Assembly: GCA_050261575.1 (NCBI GenBank)
Contig: JBLNDL010000005.1
Span: 62,001-126,000 of the forward strand
Length of the DNA: 64,000 nucleotides
Direction of reading: 5' to 3'
From: Sphingomonadaceae bacterium
GTDB taxonomy: Bacteria; Chloroflexota; UBA6077
Shown: piece after piece, positions 1 to 12,648 of the stretch
Layout: every line of letters begins with the position of its first letter
Position numbering within the stretch: position 1 is the stretch's first letter
Translations under genes and position numbers: made by a program
Notes under the pieces: model-generated
The model's input: only the letters and a program-made list of their open reading frames with translations
Databases searched by the model: none
What the model was told of the DNA's origin: nothing

Positions 1-1645
1 CGCGCCCAGAACTCACGAGCGGGGCTTGCCGTTCGGTGCCGGGCTCCGGCCTCTGACCCCCGCCGCGAGGTAGATGAATCGTGAATCGTGTACCCACCCC
101 CACCTGGCTCTCGACCTCGATTCCTCCACCCAATCGCGACACCTCGTGTGCCACCAGGGAGAGGCCGATACCCTTGCTGCCAGGCTTCGTGGTGAAGCCT
201 CGCTCGAAGATCCGCTGCCGATTCTCCTCTTCGATACCGAGCCCCGTATCCTCCACCTCGATCAGCATCTCCTGCTCGTCGGCATAGAGGGAGAGCCAGA
301 CGTTTCGCCTATCTTCCGGCAGTGTCGATACGGCGTCGAAGGCGTTCTCCAGCAGGTTCCCCACGACCGTGGTCAGATCCGCCCGGCGGGAGCGATGGTC
401 GTGAACCGGCACGTCGCTGTCGGGATCCAGGTTGAGGGTGATCCCCCGCTCGTTCGCCGCGCTGATCTTGCCCAGCACCAGCCCGGCCAGAGCTGGTTCC
501 CGAATCCGGCGGGTCACAAACCCCACCATCTCTTCGTGTGTGCGGGTGGCGGTAGCGATGTACTCTATCGCATCGTCGTATCGCGCGAGCTGCAGGAGGC
601 CAGAGACGGTGTGCAGCCGGTTGATGAACTCGTGGGCCTGCGCTCGAAGCGCATTGGCGAGCTGGGTCACGCCAGTCAGCTCGGCCGCCAGCTCCCTCAT
701 CTCGCTCATATCCCTGAAGGTGGCCACGGCGCCCACCACCTTGCCGTCGACCACGATAGGCACCCGGTTGGTGAGGATCACACGCCCCTGCAGCACCTGC
801 TCCTGATCGAACTCCGGCCGCCCGGTCTCCACGATCTCCGGCAAGCGAGAGTTGGGCAACGCCTCGACGACGGGTCTGCCGATAGCCTCCTGCCCCACCC
901 CCGTCAGCCGCTCCGCCTCCGTGTTGAGCAGGGTAATCCTGCTCTTCTTGTCCACCGCGATCACCCCTTCTCGGATGCTCTGCAGGATGGCCACCCTTTC
1001 CTCCAGTATCGAGGCGATCTGGGAAGGCTCCAGGCCGAAGATGCTGGTCTTAATGTTGTACGCAACCGCGGCGGCCCCCAGCGCACCCACCCCCAGCCCG
1101 AAGAGGGCGAAGCCCGCCAACTCAAGCAGCGAATCCCTCACCTGCTGCGTCAGATGCGACATCCACACGCCAGCCACGACGACGCCCACCTGCTTCCCAT
1201 CGTCGTCGTACACCGGCACGAATGCCCTGAGGGACGGCCCCGAGATCCCCGTGGCCATGGATACATACTCCTCTCCCTCCAGGGACGGCCCCTCGTCCCC
1301 ACCCGTGAAGTGCTGGCCCACCAGATCGGGATTGGGATGCGAGTAGCGGATGGTATCCATGTTGAACACGACGATGAGGTCCAGGCCGGTTTGCTCCAGC
1401 CAGCGCTGGGTGAGCGGTTGCAGCACCTCGGCGGGGTTCTCGAGGCTGAACGCCTCTCGCACCTCCGGCCTCTCCGCCAGGAGTCTCCCCACCCCCAGCA
1501 CCCGGTCGCCGGCTAGGCTCTCCTTCTGGCGCGTGAGCGCTTGGCTAGCGAAGTAGGCAGTCACCAGCCCCGCGAACAGCAGGACCGCGAGCACCAACGC
1601 CGTCAGCTTCCACTGCAGCGGCAGAGCCGGGATCGCCCGGCGCAT
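1..1645 (-). CDS. CitA/DcuS/MalK-family sensor histidine kinase (3' end runs off the window; absent from the ORF track)
   Basis: Manual translation from ATG 1645: N-terminal TM, Cache-like sensor IRYSHPNPDLVGQHFTGGDE...SLRAFVPV, H-box LRAQAHEFINRLHTVSGLLQL, C-terminal GGGIEVESQVGVGTRFTIHLP; no stop before position 1. Confidence 0.9.
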   Translation of the reverse strand, partial: MRRAIPALPLQWKLTALVLAVLLFAGLVTAYFASQALTRQKESLAGDRVLGVGRLLAERPEVREAFSLENPAEVLQPLTQRWLEQTGLDLIVVFNMDTIRYSHPNPDLVGQHFTGGDEGPSLEGEEYVSMATGISGPSLRAFVPVYDDDGKQVGVVVAGVWMSHLTQQVRDSLLELAGFALFGLGVGALGAAAVAYNIKTSIFGLEPSQIASILEERVAILQSIREGVIAVDKKSRITLLNTEAERLTGVGQEAIGRPVVEALPNSRLPEIVETGRPEFDQEQVLQGRVILTNRVPIVVDGKVVGAVATFRDMSEMRELAAELTGVTQLANALRAQAHEFINRLHTVSGLLQLARYDDAIEYIATATRTHEEMVGFVTRRIREPALAGLVLGKISAANERGITLNLDPDSDVPVHDHRSRRADLTTVVGNLLENAFDAVSTLPEDRRNVWLSLYADEQEMLIEVEDTGLGIEEENRQRIFERGFTTKPGSKGIGLSLVAHEVSRLGGGIEVESQVGVGTRFTIHLPRGGGQRPEPGTERQAPLVSSGR

Positions 1646-1809
1646 CGTTTCGGTTCGATATCCGTGGCCATCTACTACGGCAGACGTAGCGCTTCCTCCA
1701 GTAGGGGTGGTGGTGTGCCCGAGTTTACCGTTGGCCCGGTAACCTGTCAAACTGCGCTCACGTCCAACCCCAGACCTGTGGTCGATTCCCCTCGTTTTTC
1801 CCCACTCTC

Positions 1810-4136
<2,327 letters not shown>

Positions 4137-4907
4137 CGCGAGGCCGCGGCTCTGGAGGTAGCCGAGGAGGAATCTGATCGCCGCGTAGCCTACCACCGCC
4201 GCGACGGCTATGCCGGTGATAAACGCGGCCTCCTCTCCGGCGGGGAACCCGTCTCGCAGGAGGCCCAGCATCTTGTAGAGGAAGGCGCCTGCGACGATGG
4301 GGCCCGACATCAGGAAGGAGAAGCGGGCCGCGTCGGCTCGGTTCATCTGGAGCAGCAGCGCGGCCGTTATGGTGACGCCGGAGCGGGACGTCCCCGGGAT
4401 GAGGGCGAGAGTCTGCGCCGCCCCGATCAGCAGGGCATCCAAGAACCCGAGTTCCGAGAGGGAGCGCCGGTGTCGGGAGGTACCGTCCGCGGCTAGCATC
4501 ACCCCCCCCATCACCACCAGGAGAGTCGCCACCAGCCAGGGCGACCGGAGCGACTGCTCGATCTGCTTCTCGAAGAGCACCCCGGCGAGAGCGCCCGGGA
4601 CGCTGGCGACCACGATGTACCACACCATGCGCCGGTGGTAGCTGCCAAACAGGTTTCCGTCCCGAAGGCTGCCGAGGAAGGCGCCCGCCAACTGTATCCA
4701 GTCTCTCCGGAAGTAGACGATTATGGCGAGGGCGGTCCCGCCGTGAAGGGCCACGTCGAATGTGAGGCTGTGCTCGGGCCACCCCAGCAGCCACGGGACG
4801 AGGATGAGGTGGCCGGAGCTGCTGATGGGTAGGGGCTCTCCCAGTCCCTGCACGACTCCCAGGACGATGGCCATGACGATATCCATGTAAGGCGAACCTC
4901 CATCACA

Positions 4908-4977
4908 AAGCAGGCATCTCCAGTTCATGTCGACTCTTCTGGCGGGAGACGTGTGCTCTATACAGAGATACCTGCTT
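4908..4977 (+). repeat. 70-bp MITE-like repeat with 13-bp terminal inverted repeats, copy 1
   Basis: AAGCAGGCATCTC...GAGATACCTGCTT; core TGGCGGGAGACGTGTGCTCTAT shared with four other copies. Confidence 0.85.
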
Positions 4978-5311
4978 AGAGAAGCAACTTGAAGGTGAAG
5001 AAGCAGGACGCGTGCCGCGGGGGACGACGGGCCGTACGATACAGCACCGGAGCCGCCGCCCGCAAGAGTGGCGCTCCCGCCTCCCAGGGTCTTCGCACTG
5101 TGATCCCAAGCCGCAGGGCGGCAGCCAGGCGGCGCTGCCATTCGTTGCTTTGGGTGGCCCACGAGGGCAACGAAGTGTACAGAAGGGCAGGTGTATCGGC
5201 TCTTGCGCCCCTCAGCACGGCCACGCCATTCTGGCACTCCCAGTGCATTGGATCGTCCGGGCCGAGGCTGCCTCCCACGTCGTAGGTGGTCGCCCGCTAA
5301 GGGGACGGAAT

Positions 5312-5596
5312 ATGGACTGGGTTGTCCGCAACTGGCTGATAGTGGCGGGGGTTCTGCTGACGCTGACGGCGTTGGCCGGCATCGCCGAGGGCGGCGCCTT
5401 TCATCCGGTCGTCGCCGCTCTGCTCACCGTGGGCTGGTGGGGGGTCGCGATCCTGGCCTTGGGCGACGGCCTCTGTCGCCTCGTGGGGAGATCCTGCTTC
5501 CTGGGCTCCGGTAGGGGCTTGAACCGGCTGCTGGCCGTGGCCCAGGTGTTCCTATCCCTCCTTCTCCTTGCCAATCTGCTGTCCGTGTTCCTGTAG
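5312..5596 (+). CDS. Small hypothetical membrane protein (about 3 TM)
   Basis: SD-like AAGGGGA before ATG 5312; three hydrophobic segments. Confidence 0.6.
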   Translation: MDWVVRNWLIVAGVLLTLTALAGIAEGGAFHPVVAALLTVGWWGVAILALGDGLCRLVGRSCFLGSGRGLNRLLAVAQVFLSLLLLANLLSVFL

Positions 5597-5816
5597 CTTC
5601 TCGGGGCAGGGCGGCAACGGTCTGCCTCCCGTGGCGACCCCGTCCCGCGCCTCGCCGGCGTAGTACGCAATTAGCCGCAATTATCACTATCTTCTCGCCT
5701 TCTCCTGGCACAAATACTGCAGCCTCTCCTTCCGCTGATTGCTGGCTGCTGAAAGCGATACCGATACACTGAAGACGGGAATCCAGATTCCCGACTGTGA
5801 ATGAGGTGAACATCGT

Positions 5817-6299
5817 ATGAAGAAGCCTTTCCACGCGAGCCTCGTCGCCTCCGTGGTGGCGATGGCCGTGTTCGTCTTCCTGTTGACGCCGGCGTACGCC
5901 CAACAGGAAACCCCCACCGTTCGGGCAGAGGTGACGCCGACCGTCGTGGCGGCCACGGAGACTCCGGAGGTGGCGGGTGCTACTCCCACGGTGGTTGCCA
6001 CTGAGACCCCGGCGGCGGCGACCGCTACGCCCGCGGTGGTTGCCACCGCGACCCCGGCGGTAGCTCCTACCGTGACGCCGGCGGTCGCAGCGGCTACACC
6101 TGCGGTAGTTGCCACCGCGACTCCAGTGGTGGCGGCTGCCACCCCAGTCGTGATGGCGACGCCCACGGTCGCCGTCGTGACGGCCCTGCCGTCGGCCGGC
6201 GAAGGTGGTGACGGCCCGGGCATTTCGACCTTCCTTCTACTGGTTGCAGGCCTCGGTGTGGCCGCTTCTGGCCTCATGCTGAGGCGCTGGGCGCGCTGA
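5817..6299 (+). CDS. Secreted Thr/Pro/Ala/Val-rich repeat protein with LPxxG sortase-type anchor
   Basis: GAGGTG SD; signal peptide ending AYA; repeated ATPxVV units; LPSAG + hydrophobic helix + RRWAR tail. Confidence 0.75.
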   Translation: MKKPFHASLVASVVAMAVFVFLLTPAYAQQETPTVRAEVTPTVVAATETPEVAGATPTVVATETPAAATATPAVVATATPAVAPTVTPAVAAATPAVVATATPVVAAATPVVMATPTVAVVTALPSAGEGGDGPGISTFLLLVAGLGVAASGLMLRRWAR

Positions 6300-6481
6300 G
6301 CCCCCAACAGACATTGTTGGGCTAGAGGTGTTCTTCGCGCGGCACAGCCGAGCTTCTGGCAGCCAGCAATAGCGGATCCCTCGTAGGACCTGGCCCGAGG
6401 CACGCGCGCGCCGAGGGGAGGGTCTCCGAGGGGGAGAAGGTAGGAGACGTACCGTTGGGCGGTGCGATCGCCTGATACCAC

Positions 6482-6510
6482 GTATGGGCGGGTCTCGGAC
6501 CCGCCCATAC
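6482..6510. repeat. REP-like palindrome
   Basis: GTATGGGCGGGTC-TCG-GACCCGCCCATAC; related to 26172-26203. Confidence 0.6.
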
Positions 6511-6624
6511 ACTACGTAGCGCCACCATCCCGGTTCCCCTCACCATCTCCGCGTGCGGCTCTGGTACATCTCTTGCTCAGTCTTTCGACGCATCTAACTA
6601 TGGGGTTGGCAACCGCTAATCGGG

Positions 6625-7326
6625 ATGGCCGACCCCTACCGGGGTGGTCGTGTGGAGAGGGATCGCACGCTGATAGGTGAGGCGGCGGAGGACTGCCTGA
6701 AGGCCATCTGCACGCTGCAGGAGCCAGGGGGGCTGGTAGCCACATCGGCCCTGGCGGGGCGCCTGGGGGTCACGGAGCCCACGGTGACTGCCATGATCAA
6801 GAGGCTCGCCAGGCTGGGGCTGGTGCGCCACACCCCGTATCGGGGGGTAGGTCTCACCCCGGCCGGGGAGAAGGTCGCCCTGGAGGTCATCCGCCACCAC
6901 CGGCTGCTGGAGCTCTATCTGGTGGAGGCGCTGGGGCTGCGTTGGGACCAGGTGCACAGGGAGGCCGAGCGGTTGGAGCACCTGATCTCCGACGAGGTGG
7001 AGACGCGGATCGACGAGGTGCTGGGGCATCCGACCCTGGATCCCCACGGGGACCCCATCCCGAGCCGGGACGGGCGACTCGACCCGATCGAGGACCGCAG
7101 TCTCGCGGAGCTCGAGCCGGGCGACAGGGCATCGGTGGGTCGGGTGCCGGACGGAGATCCCGACCTCCTGCGCTACCTGGCGCAGATCGGGCTGGTGCCG
7201 AGGGCATCGGTGGAGATGGTGGAGAAGGCGCCCTTCGGCGGGCCGCTCACCCTCCAGGTGGGAGGGGCGCGTCGCTCCATCGGCCAGGAGCTGGCCAGCG
7301 CCATCCGTGTGTGGCCTGCCGAGTGA
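6625..7326 (+). CDS. mntR: DtxR/MntR-family metal-dependent repressor with FeoA-like domain
   Basis: EDCLKAI, PTVTAMIKRL, RHHRLLELYL, EAERLEH and DPHGDPIP motifs; upstream of mntH. Confidence 0.9.
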   Translation: MADPYRGGRVERDRTLIGEAAEDCLKAICTLQEPGGLVATSALAGRLGVTEPTVTAMIKRLARLGLVRHTPYRGVGLTPAGEKVALEVIRHHRLLELYLVEALGLRWDQVHREAERLEHLISDEVETRIDEVLGHPTLDPHGDPIPSRDGRLDPIEDRSLAELEPGDRASVGRVPDGDPDLLRYLAQIGLVPRASVEMVEKAPFGGPLTLQVGGARRSIGQELASAIRVWPAE

Positions 7327-7466
7327 ACGCACCTGGCATCCGGGACGCCTGGCGCGATCGACATCGCGGGAGCCGAACGCGCTTTGCGCGCCTCCTCTCG
7401 ATGAGTCTGGCGGATCGATAGTGTAAGGTCTTGGCCGGAAGAGGGATCCGGCCTCGGGAGCAGGAT

Positions 7467-8792
7467 ATGGAGAACCGATACCAGGAGACTGCCGACGTAG
7501 CCACGCGGCCCGCAGATAGGGGCACCGTGGTGGCGGCCACGGAGGTGTTGGAGGGAAAGGGCAAGCGGCGAGGGCTCTCCAGTCTGCTGCCGTTCCTCGG
7601 GCCCGCCTTCGTGGCGGCGGTGGCCTACGTCGATCCGGGCAACTTCGCCACAAACATACAGGGCGGCGCCCAGTTCGGCTATATGCTCGTTTGGGTCATA
7701 TTGGCGAGCAACCTCATGGCGATGCTGATCCAGTCGCTGTCCGCCAAGCTCGGCATCGCCACGGGACGCAACCTGGCGGAGGTGATGAGGGACAGCTTTC
7801 CCAGACCCGTGGTCTGGGGGCTCTGGCTGCTCTCCGAGGCGGTGGCGATGGCCACCGACCTGGCGGAGTTCCTAGGCGCGGCCCTCGGGTTCCACCTACT
7901 GTTCGGGATGCCCCTCTTCCCCGCGGCGCTCCTGACCGGAGTGGTTACCTTCCTCATCCTTGGGCTCCAGCGGTACGGCTTCCGTCCACTGGAGGGGGTG
8001 ATCACTGTCCTGGTGGGCGTTATCGCCGTTTCCTACCTGATCGAGACGGTGCTGGACCGTCCGGATTGGGTGCAGATCGGAGCGGCAGTGGTGCGGCCCC
8101 AGTTCGCGGGCACCGAGAGCGTGCTGCTGGCCACAGGGATCCTGGGGGCCACCGTGATGCCGCACGTGATCTTCCTCCACTCGGCCCTGACGCAGGACCG
8201 CATCGTGGTTCGGGACGAGTCGATGATGCGGCGGCTCTTCCGCTTCGAGTTGGTCGACGTGATCCTGGGCATGGGGGTGGCGGGGCTGGTGAACGGGGCG
8301 ATGCTGATCATGGCCGCCTCCACCTTCCACCGTGCCGGCCTGAGCGAGATCGGCTCCATCGAGGAGGCCCACCGAACCCTGACTCCCCTCCTGGGCGAGG
8401 CCAGTAGCGTCCTGTTCGCGATATCCCTGCTGGCCTCGGGGCTTTCCTCCTCTACAGTGGGGACGATGAGCGGCCAGGTGATCATGCAGGGCTTCCTGCA
8501 CCGAACCATCCCCCTCTGGCTGAGGAGGGGCGTTACCATGCTGCCGGCGCTGATCGTCGTCGCCCTGGGCCTGGACCCCACCCGGACCCTGGTGATCAGC
8601 CAGGTGGTGCTCAGCTTCGGCATACCCTTTGCCCTGATCCCGCTCGTCATGTTCACCCGCCGGCGAGATATCATGGGGCCGTTGGTAAACCACAGGTTGA
8701 CGACCATCGTCGCCACCATCGTTGCGGCCCTGATCGTGGCGTTGAACCTGTTCCTGCTGTACCAGACTCTGATCGGAGGTGGCGCGGAATAA
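7467..8792 (+). CDS. mntH: Nramp-family Mn2+/H+ transporter
   Basis: AYVDPGNFATN, GATVMPH, SQVVLSFGIPF. Confidence 0.95.
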   Translation: MENRYQETADVATRPADRGTVVAATEVLEGKGKRRGLSSLLPFLGPAFVAAVAYVDPGNFATNIQGGAQFGYMLVWVILASNLMAMLIQSLSAKLGIATGRNLAEVMRDSFPRPVVWGLWLLSEAVAMATDLAEFLGAALGFHLLFGMPLFPAALLTGVVTFLILGLQRYGFRPLEGVITVLVGVIAVSYLIETVLDRPDWVQIGAAVVRPQFAGTESVLLATGILGATVMPHVIFLHSALTQDRIVVRDESMMRRLFRFELVDVILGMGVAGLVNGAMLIMAASTFHRAGLSEIGSIEEAHRTLTPLLGEASSVLFAISLLASGLSSSTVGTMSGQVIMQGFLHRTIPLWLRRGVTMLPALIVVALGLDPTRTLVISQVVLSFGIPFALIPLVMFTRRRDIMGPLVNHRLTTIVATIVAALIVALNLFLLYQTLIGGGAE

Positions 8793-9703
8793 TGAAGGCT
8801 TTTCAGAAGATCCTGGTGCCACTGGACGGGTCGCGCCTGGCCGAGGCGGTGCTGCCGGTGGTCACGGTGCTGGCCAGGCAGTTCGGCGCCACCGTGTCGC
8901 TGCTGCACGTCCTGGAGCGTGGAGCCCCAGAGACCGTTCACGGGCAGCGGCATCTGGCCACCTCGCGGGAGGCGCAGGCATACCTGGCACGGGTGGCGGA
9001 GGGGTGCCGGCGCGAGGGTGTGCAGGTCGAAATCCACGTGCACCCCAACGAGGAGCGGGACGTGGTGGGCAGCATCGTCGGCCACGCTGGGGAGTTTGGG
9101 GCGGACCTGATCGTCGTTGCGACTCACGGCTGGGGGGGCATGCGTGACATCCTGGTGGGCTCCATAGCCCAGCAGGTGCTGCGCCGGGGCAGTATGCCGG
9201 TGCTGCTGGTCAAGCCCACCTCCGAGGGCGAAGCCCCCAGCTTCGAAGGCAAGCGGCTGCTGGTTCCTTTGAATGGAAGGCCGGACCACGATCGGGCGGT
9301 GCTGCCAGTGGTGGAGGATGTGTCCCGTGCGCTGGGGGCTCACCTGCAGTTGCTGATGGTGGTCCCCACGCTCGCCACCCTGCCCGGCGACCAGGGGGCG
9401 ACGGCGATCCTCTTGCCCAGTGCCACCGCGGCGGCCTTGGACATGGAGGAGGAGGGGGCCAGGAGGTACCTGGCGAGGGTGGCGGAGTCGCTGCGCGGCA
9501 GGAAGATCCAGGTGTCCGCGGAGGTAAGGCGGGGCGATCCCGCAGGGGAGGTCGCGGCCGCGGCGGAGAGCGGCGGCGCGGACCTTATCGTCATGTCGAT
9601 CCACGCCAGGGCAGGGCTGGAGGCTCTCTGGTCGGGCAGCATCGGGTCGAAGATCCTCGCTCGCACCAGGCAGCCCCTGCTGCTGGTGAAGGTGCCGGAG
9701 TAA
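8792..9703 (+). CDS. Tandem universal stress protein
   Basis: KILVPLDGS, ADLIVVATHG..GS, second USP domain ADLIVMS. Confidence 0.9.
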   Translation: MKAFQKILVPLDGSRLAEAVLPVVTVLARQFGATVSLLHVLERGAPETVHGQRHLATSREAQAYLARVAEGCRREGVQVEIHVHPNEERDVVGSIVGHAGEFGADLIVVATHGWGGMRDILVGSIAQQVLRRGSMPVLLVKPTSEGEAPSFEGKRLLVPLNGRPDHDRAVLPVVEDVSRALGAHLQLLMVVPTLATLPGDQGATAILLPSATAAALDMEEEGARRYLARVAESLRGRKIQVSAEVRRGDPAGEVAAAAESGGADLIVMSIHARAGLEALWSGSIGSKILARTRQPLLLVKVPE

Positions 9704-9811
9704 GGGCTGAGAAGCCAGAACCATTTTGGCTCCGATACGTGGGGCGGCGGGGGACAAGCCCCCCGCCGCACTCTTCTACGTGCCCGCGCTCTCGATGGGA
9801 ACGCGATCGGC

Positions 9812-10408
9812 CTACGGTTTGGTTTGTGCCTGCCGGTACAGGAGGAACACTCCCACGGCCACCAGAAGTAGGGGCCACAGCCTGCCGAAGCTCGCCCACC
9901 AGAAGAGGTTCAGGTTCTGCAGCAGGAGGAGCACTCCCAGCAGAAGTACGATCACCCCTGCGATGAACTGGCGATCGCCACTGGAGCGAGGCTCGCTGTA
10001 GGTGGGGGTGCTCAGGGCCGGTACTCTGACTTCCGTCTGCGAGCCCGCGGACGCGGAAGCGCCCTCACCAGCCGTCTCGGGGGTGGCGACGGGTTCCTCG
10101 CCCGGCGCCTCCGTGGAGCTCGACCTTCCGGTCGCCGTTCGCAACTGCTCTCCCAACCGCTCGGCGTCCTCGCGCATCCTGTCCAGATTCTCCCGCACCA
10201 CCTCGTGAGGCGGGCGCTCGATGCTGTCCTCCTCGGGCATGATGATCCAGAGGAGGGGGTAGAGCAGGAAGCCGATGCCCGTCAGGAAGGCCAGCAGCAC
10301 GAAGGCCAGCCTCATGAAAACGGGGTCGACGTCGAAGTACTCTGCGAGACCGCCGCAGACCCCGGCGATCATCCGCTCCGTCCGGCTCTTGTGAAGTCTT
10401 CTGGCCAC
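9812..10408 (-). CDS. PspC-domain membrane protein with C-terminal LiaF/DUF5668-like TM hairpin
   Basis: RMIAGVCGGLAEYFDVDP; C-terminal GVLLLLQNL...LWPLLLVAVG. Confidence 0.85.
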   Translation of the reverse strand: MARRLHKSRTERMIAGVCGGLAEYFDVDPVFMRLAFVLLAFLTGIGFLLYPLLWIIMPEEDSIERPPHEVVRENLDRMREDAERLGEQLRTATGRSSSTEAPGEEPVATPETAGEGASASAGSQTEVRVPALSTPTYSEPRSSGDRQFIAGVIVLLLGVLLLLQNLNLFWWASFGRLWPLLLVAVGVFLLYRQAQTKP

Positions 10409-10465
10409 TGAGCACCTCCATCAGCCGCGTCGCTGGGTAATGGGTAATGGTAATCCGAGCAGTGC

Positions 10466-10672
10466 CTACTCCCCTGCCTGCGCCTCTGCTGCTCGGCAGG
10501 GCGTGATCATCCAGAGGAGCAGGTACGCTACGATCCCGATGCCGTGGAGAAAGGCCAGCAGGACGAACAGCAGCCGGACGAGGGTGGGGTCGACGTCGAA
10601 GTACTCCCCAAGGCCGCTGCACACACCGGCGATCATCCGATCCTGTCTGTTCCGATATACTCGCTTTGCCAT
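10466..10672 (-). CDS. Small PspC-domain protein
   Basis: MAKRVYRNRQDRMIAGVCSGLGEYFDVDP; GGAGG SD. Confidence 0.85.
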   Translation of the reverse strand: MAKRVYRNRQDRMIAGVCSGLGEYFDVDPTLVRLLFVLLAFLHGIGIVAYLLLWMITPCRAAEAQAGE

Positions 10673-10954
10673 CTCAAACCTCCACGAACTTTGTGGGCAG
10701 GTACCCTTTCGCATATTGTTGGACAGGGCAGTGGGACGTTGGGTTTCGTGGAGGGAGGGGAGACGTAGGGCATGGTGCATGGGCACCGCTTTCGGCGGGT
10801 GCCATGTCGGATGCGGCGCAGCCTGCCAGGAGGGAACCCTGTTCCGAGGCGTAGGGGCGAAGCATCTGCCGGCAGGGCCATTGTTCTTCGGATGGCATCG
10901 CGCGGATGCGTCGCCCGCACTGGTGGTTGGGTGCGCGAGCGCGGCGGATGCCGC

Positions 10955-11785
10955 CTACTCCCCGCTCAGCAACTGGAATATCCCCTCCAGTTCCTCGTCC
11001 GAGTAGAAGTGGATTACCAGCCGGCCGCCCTTCCGCCCCCGCCGCAGCTCCACCTTGGTGCGGAGCGCCTCCCTCAGCCGGTTCTCCATCTCCGTGATCT
11101 CGATGGGGCGGCTAGCCTCCAGCTTGCGGGTCTTATTGGAGTCTCGGCGGGCGGCCTCCTCGGCCTGTCGCACCGTGATGGCACCCGAGAGCATCGACTC
11201 CAACAACCGCAACTGCTGCTCGACCGTGGGAAGGGAGAGGAGGGCGCGGGCGTGCCCTTCGGTGATCCGGCCTTCCTCCAGCGCAGCCTTCGCCTCGGGT
11301 GGGAGGTTCAGGAGCCGCAGGCTGTTCGCCACGGCGCTTCGGCTCTTGCCCACCCTCTGGGCGATCTCTTCCTGGGTGAGGCCGTGCTCCTCCAGCAGTT
11401 GCCGGTAGGCGGCAGCTTCCTCCAGCGGGCCGAGGTCCTGCCTCTGGATATTCTCTACCAGCGCCAGCTCGAGCATCTGGTGGGGAGAGGTATCCTTCAC
11501 GAGGGCGGGCACGGACCGCAGCCCGGCCAGCTTGGCCGCCCGCCAGCGTCGCTCGCCCGCCACGAGGGTGTAGCCGTTGCCGGCCCGGGTGACGATGAGG
11601 GGCTGAAGGACGCCGTGCTCCCGGATGGAATCGGCTAGCTCCGCCAGGGCATCCTCCCTCATGACCGTGCGTGGCTGCCGCGGGTTGGGGGAGATGCGGT
11701 CCAGGTCGATCTCGACCAGGGCGTTGCTGTTCCCAGTGGGAATGAGGGCGCTGAGCCCCCTACCTAAGCCGCGTTCCTTGGCCAA
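10955..11785 (-). CDS. parB: ParB/Spo0J partitioning protein
   Basis: GLGRGLSALI, LVAGERRWRAA, ENIQRQDL, HTH SRSAVANSLRLL. Confidence 0.96.
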   Translation of the reverse strand: MAKERGLGRGLSALIPTGNSNALVEIDLDRISPNPRQPRTVMREDALAELADSIREHGVLQPLIVTRAGNGYTLVAGERRWRAAKLAGLRSVPALVKDTSPHQMLELALVENIQRQDLGPLEEAAAYRQLLEEHGLTQEEIAQRVGKSRSAVANSLRLLNLPPEAKAALEEGRITEGHARALLSLPTVEQQLRLLESMLSGAITVRQAEEAARRDSNKTRKLEASRPIEITEMENRLREALRTKVELRRGRKGGRLVIHFYSDEELEGIFQLLSGE

Positions 11786-11794
11786 TCTTACCTC

Positions 11795-12553
11795 TCACTT
11801 TCGAATCCTTATCGCCACTTCCAACGCCAGTGCTGCGTAGGCGAGCCCTCCCCTGGAGATGGGATCGTACTCCAGGATGGTCTTCCCGTAGCTCGGGGCT
11901 TCGCTGAGCCTGATGCTGCGGGGTATCACGGTGTCGAAGACCAGCTCGGGGAAGTGGCGAGCTACCTCCTGCACCACCTGGCTGCTCAGGTTGGTGCGGC
12001 CGTCGTGCATGGTGAGCAGCACCCCCAGGATGGAGAGGCCCGGATTGAGGCTGTCCCGCACCAGGTCGATGCTGTGCATCAACTGGGTCAGCCCCTCCAG
12101 CGCCAGGTACTCGCACTGGACCGGAATCAGCACCGCGTCGGCGGCTGCCAGGGCGTTGACTGTGAGCAAACCCAGGGATGGGGGACAGTCGATCACCGTC
12201 ACGGTGTAGTCGGGGGCGACGCTCTGGAGGGCACGCCGCAGTCTCCCCTCGCGAGCCATCATGTTCACCATCTCGACCTCGGCACCTGCGAGGCGGCGGG
12301 CAGACGGAACTAGGTGGAGACCGGGATGGCGTGTGGGCAGCACGGCCTCGGCGAGGGGTTCGCCGTCGACCAGCACCTCGTAGATGGAATGGTGGATATC
12401 CCTCTCGTCGAAGCCGAGCGCAGTGGTGGCGTTGGCTTGAGCGTCCATGTCCACCAGCAGCACCTTCCTGCTCTGGGAGAGGTAGGCGCCCAGATTCACC
12501 GCGGTGGTGGTCTTCCCCACGCCACCCTTTTGGTTGGCGACTGCGATGATCAC
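11795..12553 (-). CDS. parA: ParA/Soj ATPase
   Basis: NQKGGVGKTTT, IDCPPSLG, PVQCEYLALEG, LSEAPSYG. Confidence 0.96.
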   Translation of the reverse strand: MIIAVANQKGGVGKTTTAVNLGAYLSQSRKVLLVDMDAQANATTALGFDERDIHHSIYEVLVDGEPLAEAVLPTRHPGLHLVPSARRLAGAEVEMVNMMAREGRLRRALQSVAPDYTVTVIDCPPSLGLLTVNALAAADAVLIPVQCEYLALEGLTQLMHSIDLVRDSLNPGLSILGVLLTMHDGRTNLSSQVVQEVARHFPELVFDTVIPRSIRLSEAPSYGKTILEYDPISRGGLAYAALALEVAIRIRK

Positions 12554-12569
12554 GGCTGCACTATCCTGA

Positions 12570-12648
12570 TTGCTGAGTCCCGAACGCTGAGTGCTAGGTG
12601 ATAAGTGCTGACGTCCGAGCGCTCAGCCCTCAGTCCTAAGTCCTGAAT
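12570..12648. repeat. Degenerate heptanucleotide tandem arrays (GCTGAGT / CTCAGCC type), head-to-head
   Basis: tgctgagtcccgaacgctgagtgctag...gctcagccctcagtcctaagtcctga; supplies the pfkB C-terminus and stop. Confidence 0.6.

Noticed and set aside
74..1516. 480-aa plus-strand ORF and many similar long ORFs (e.g. 26377-28569, 55807-57030, 8033-9757)
   Set aside because: Antisense or off-frame shadows of well-supported genes; expected in high-GC DNA; no motifs
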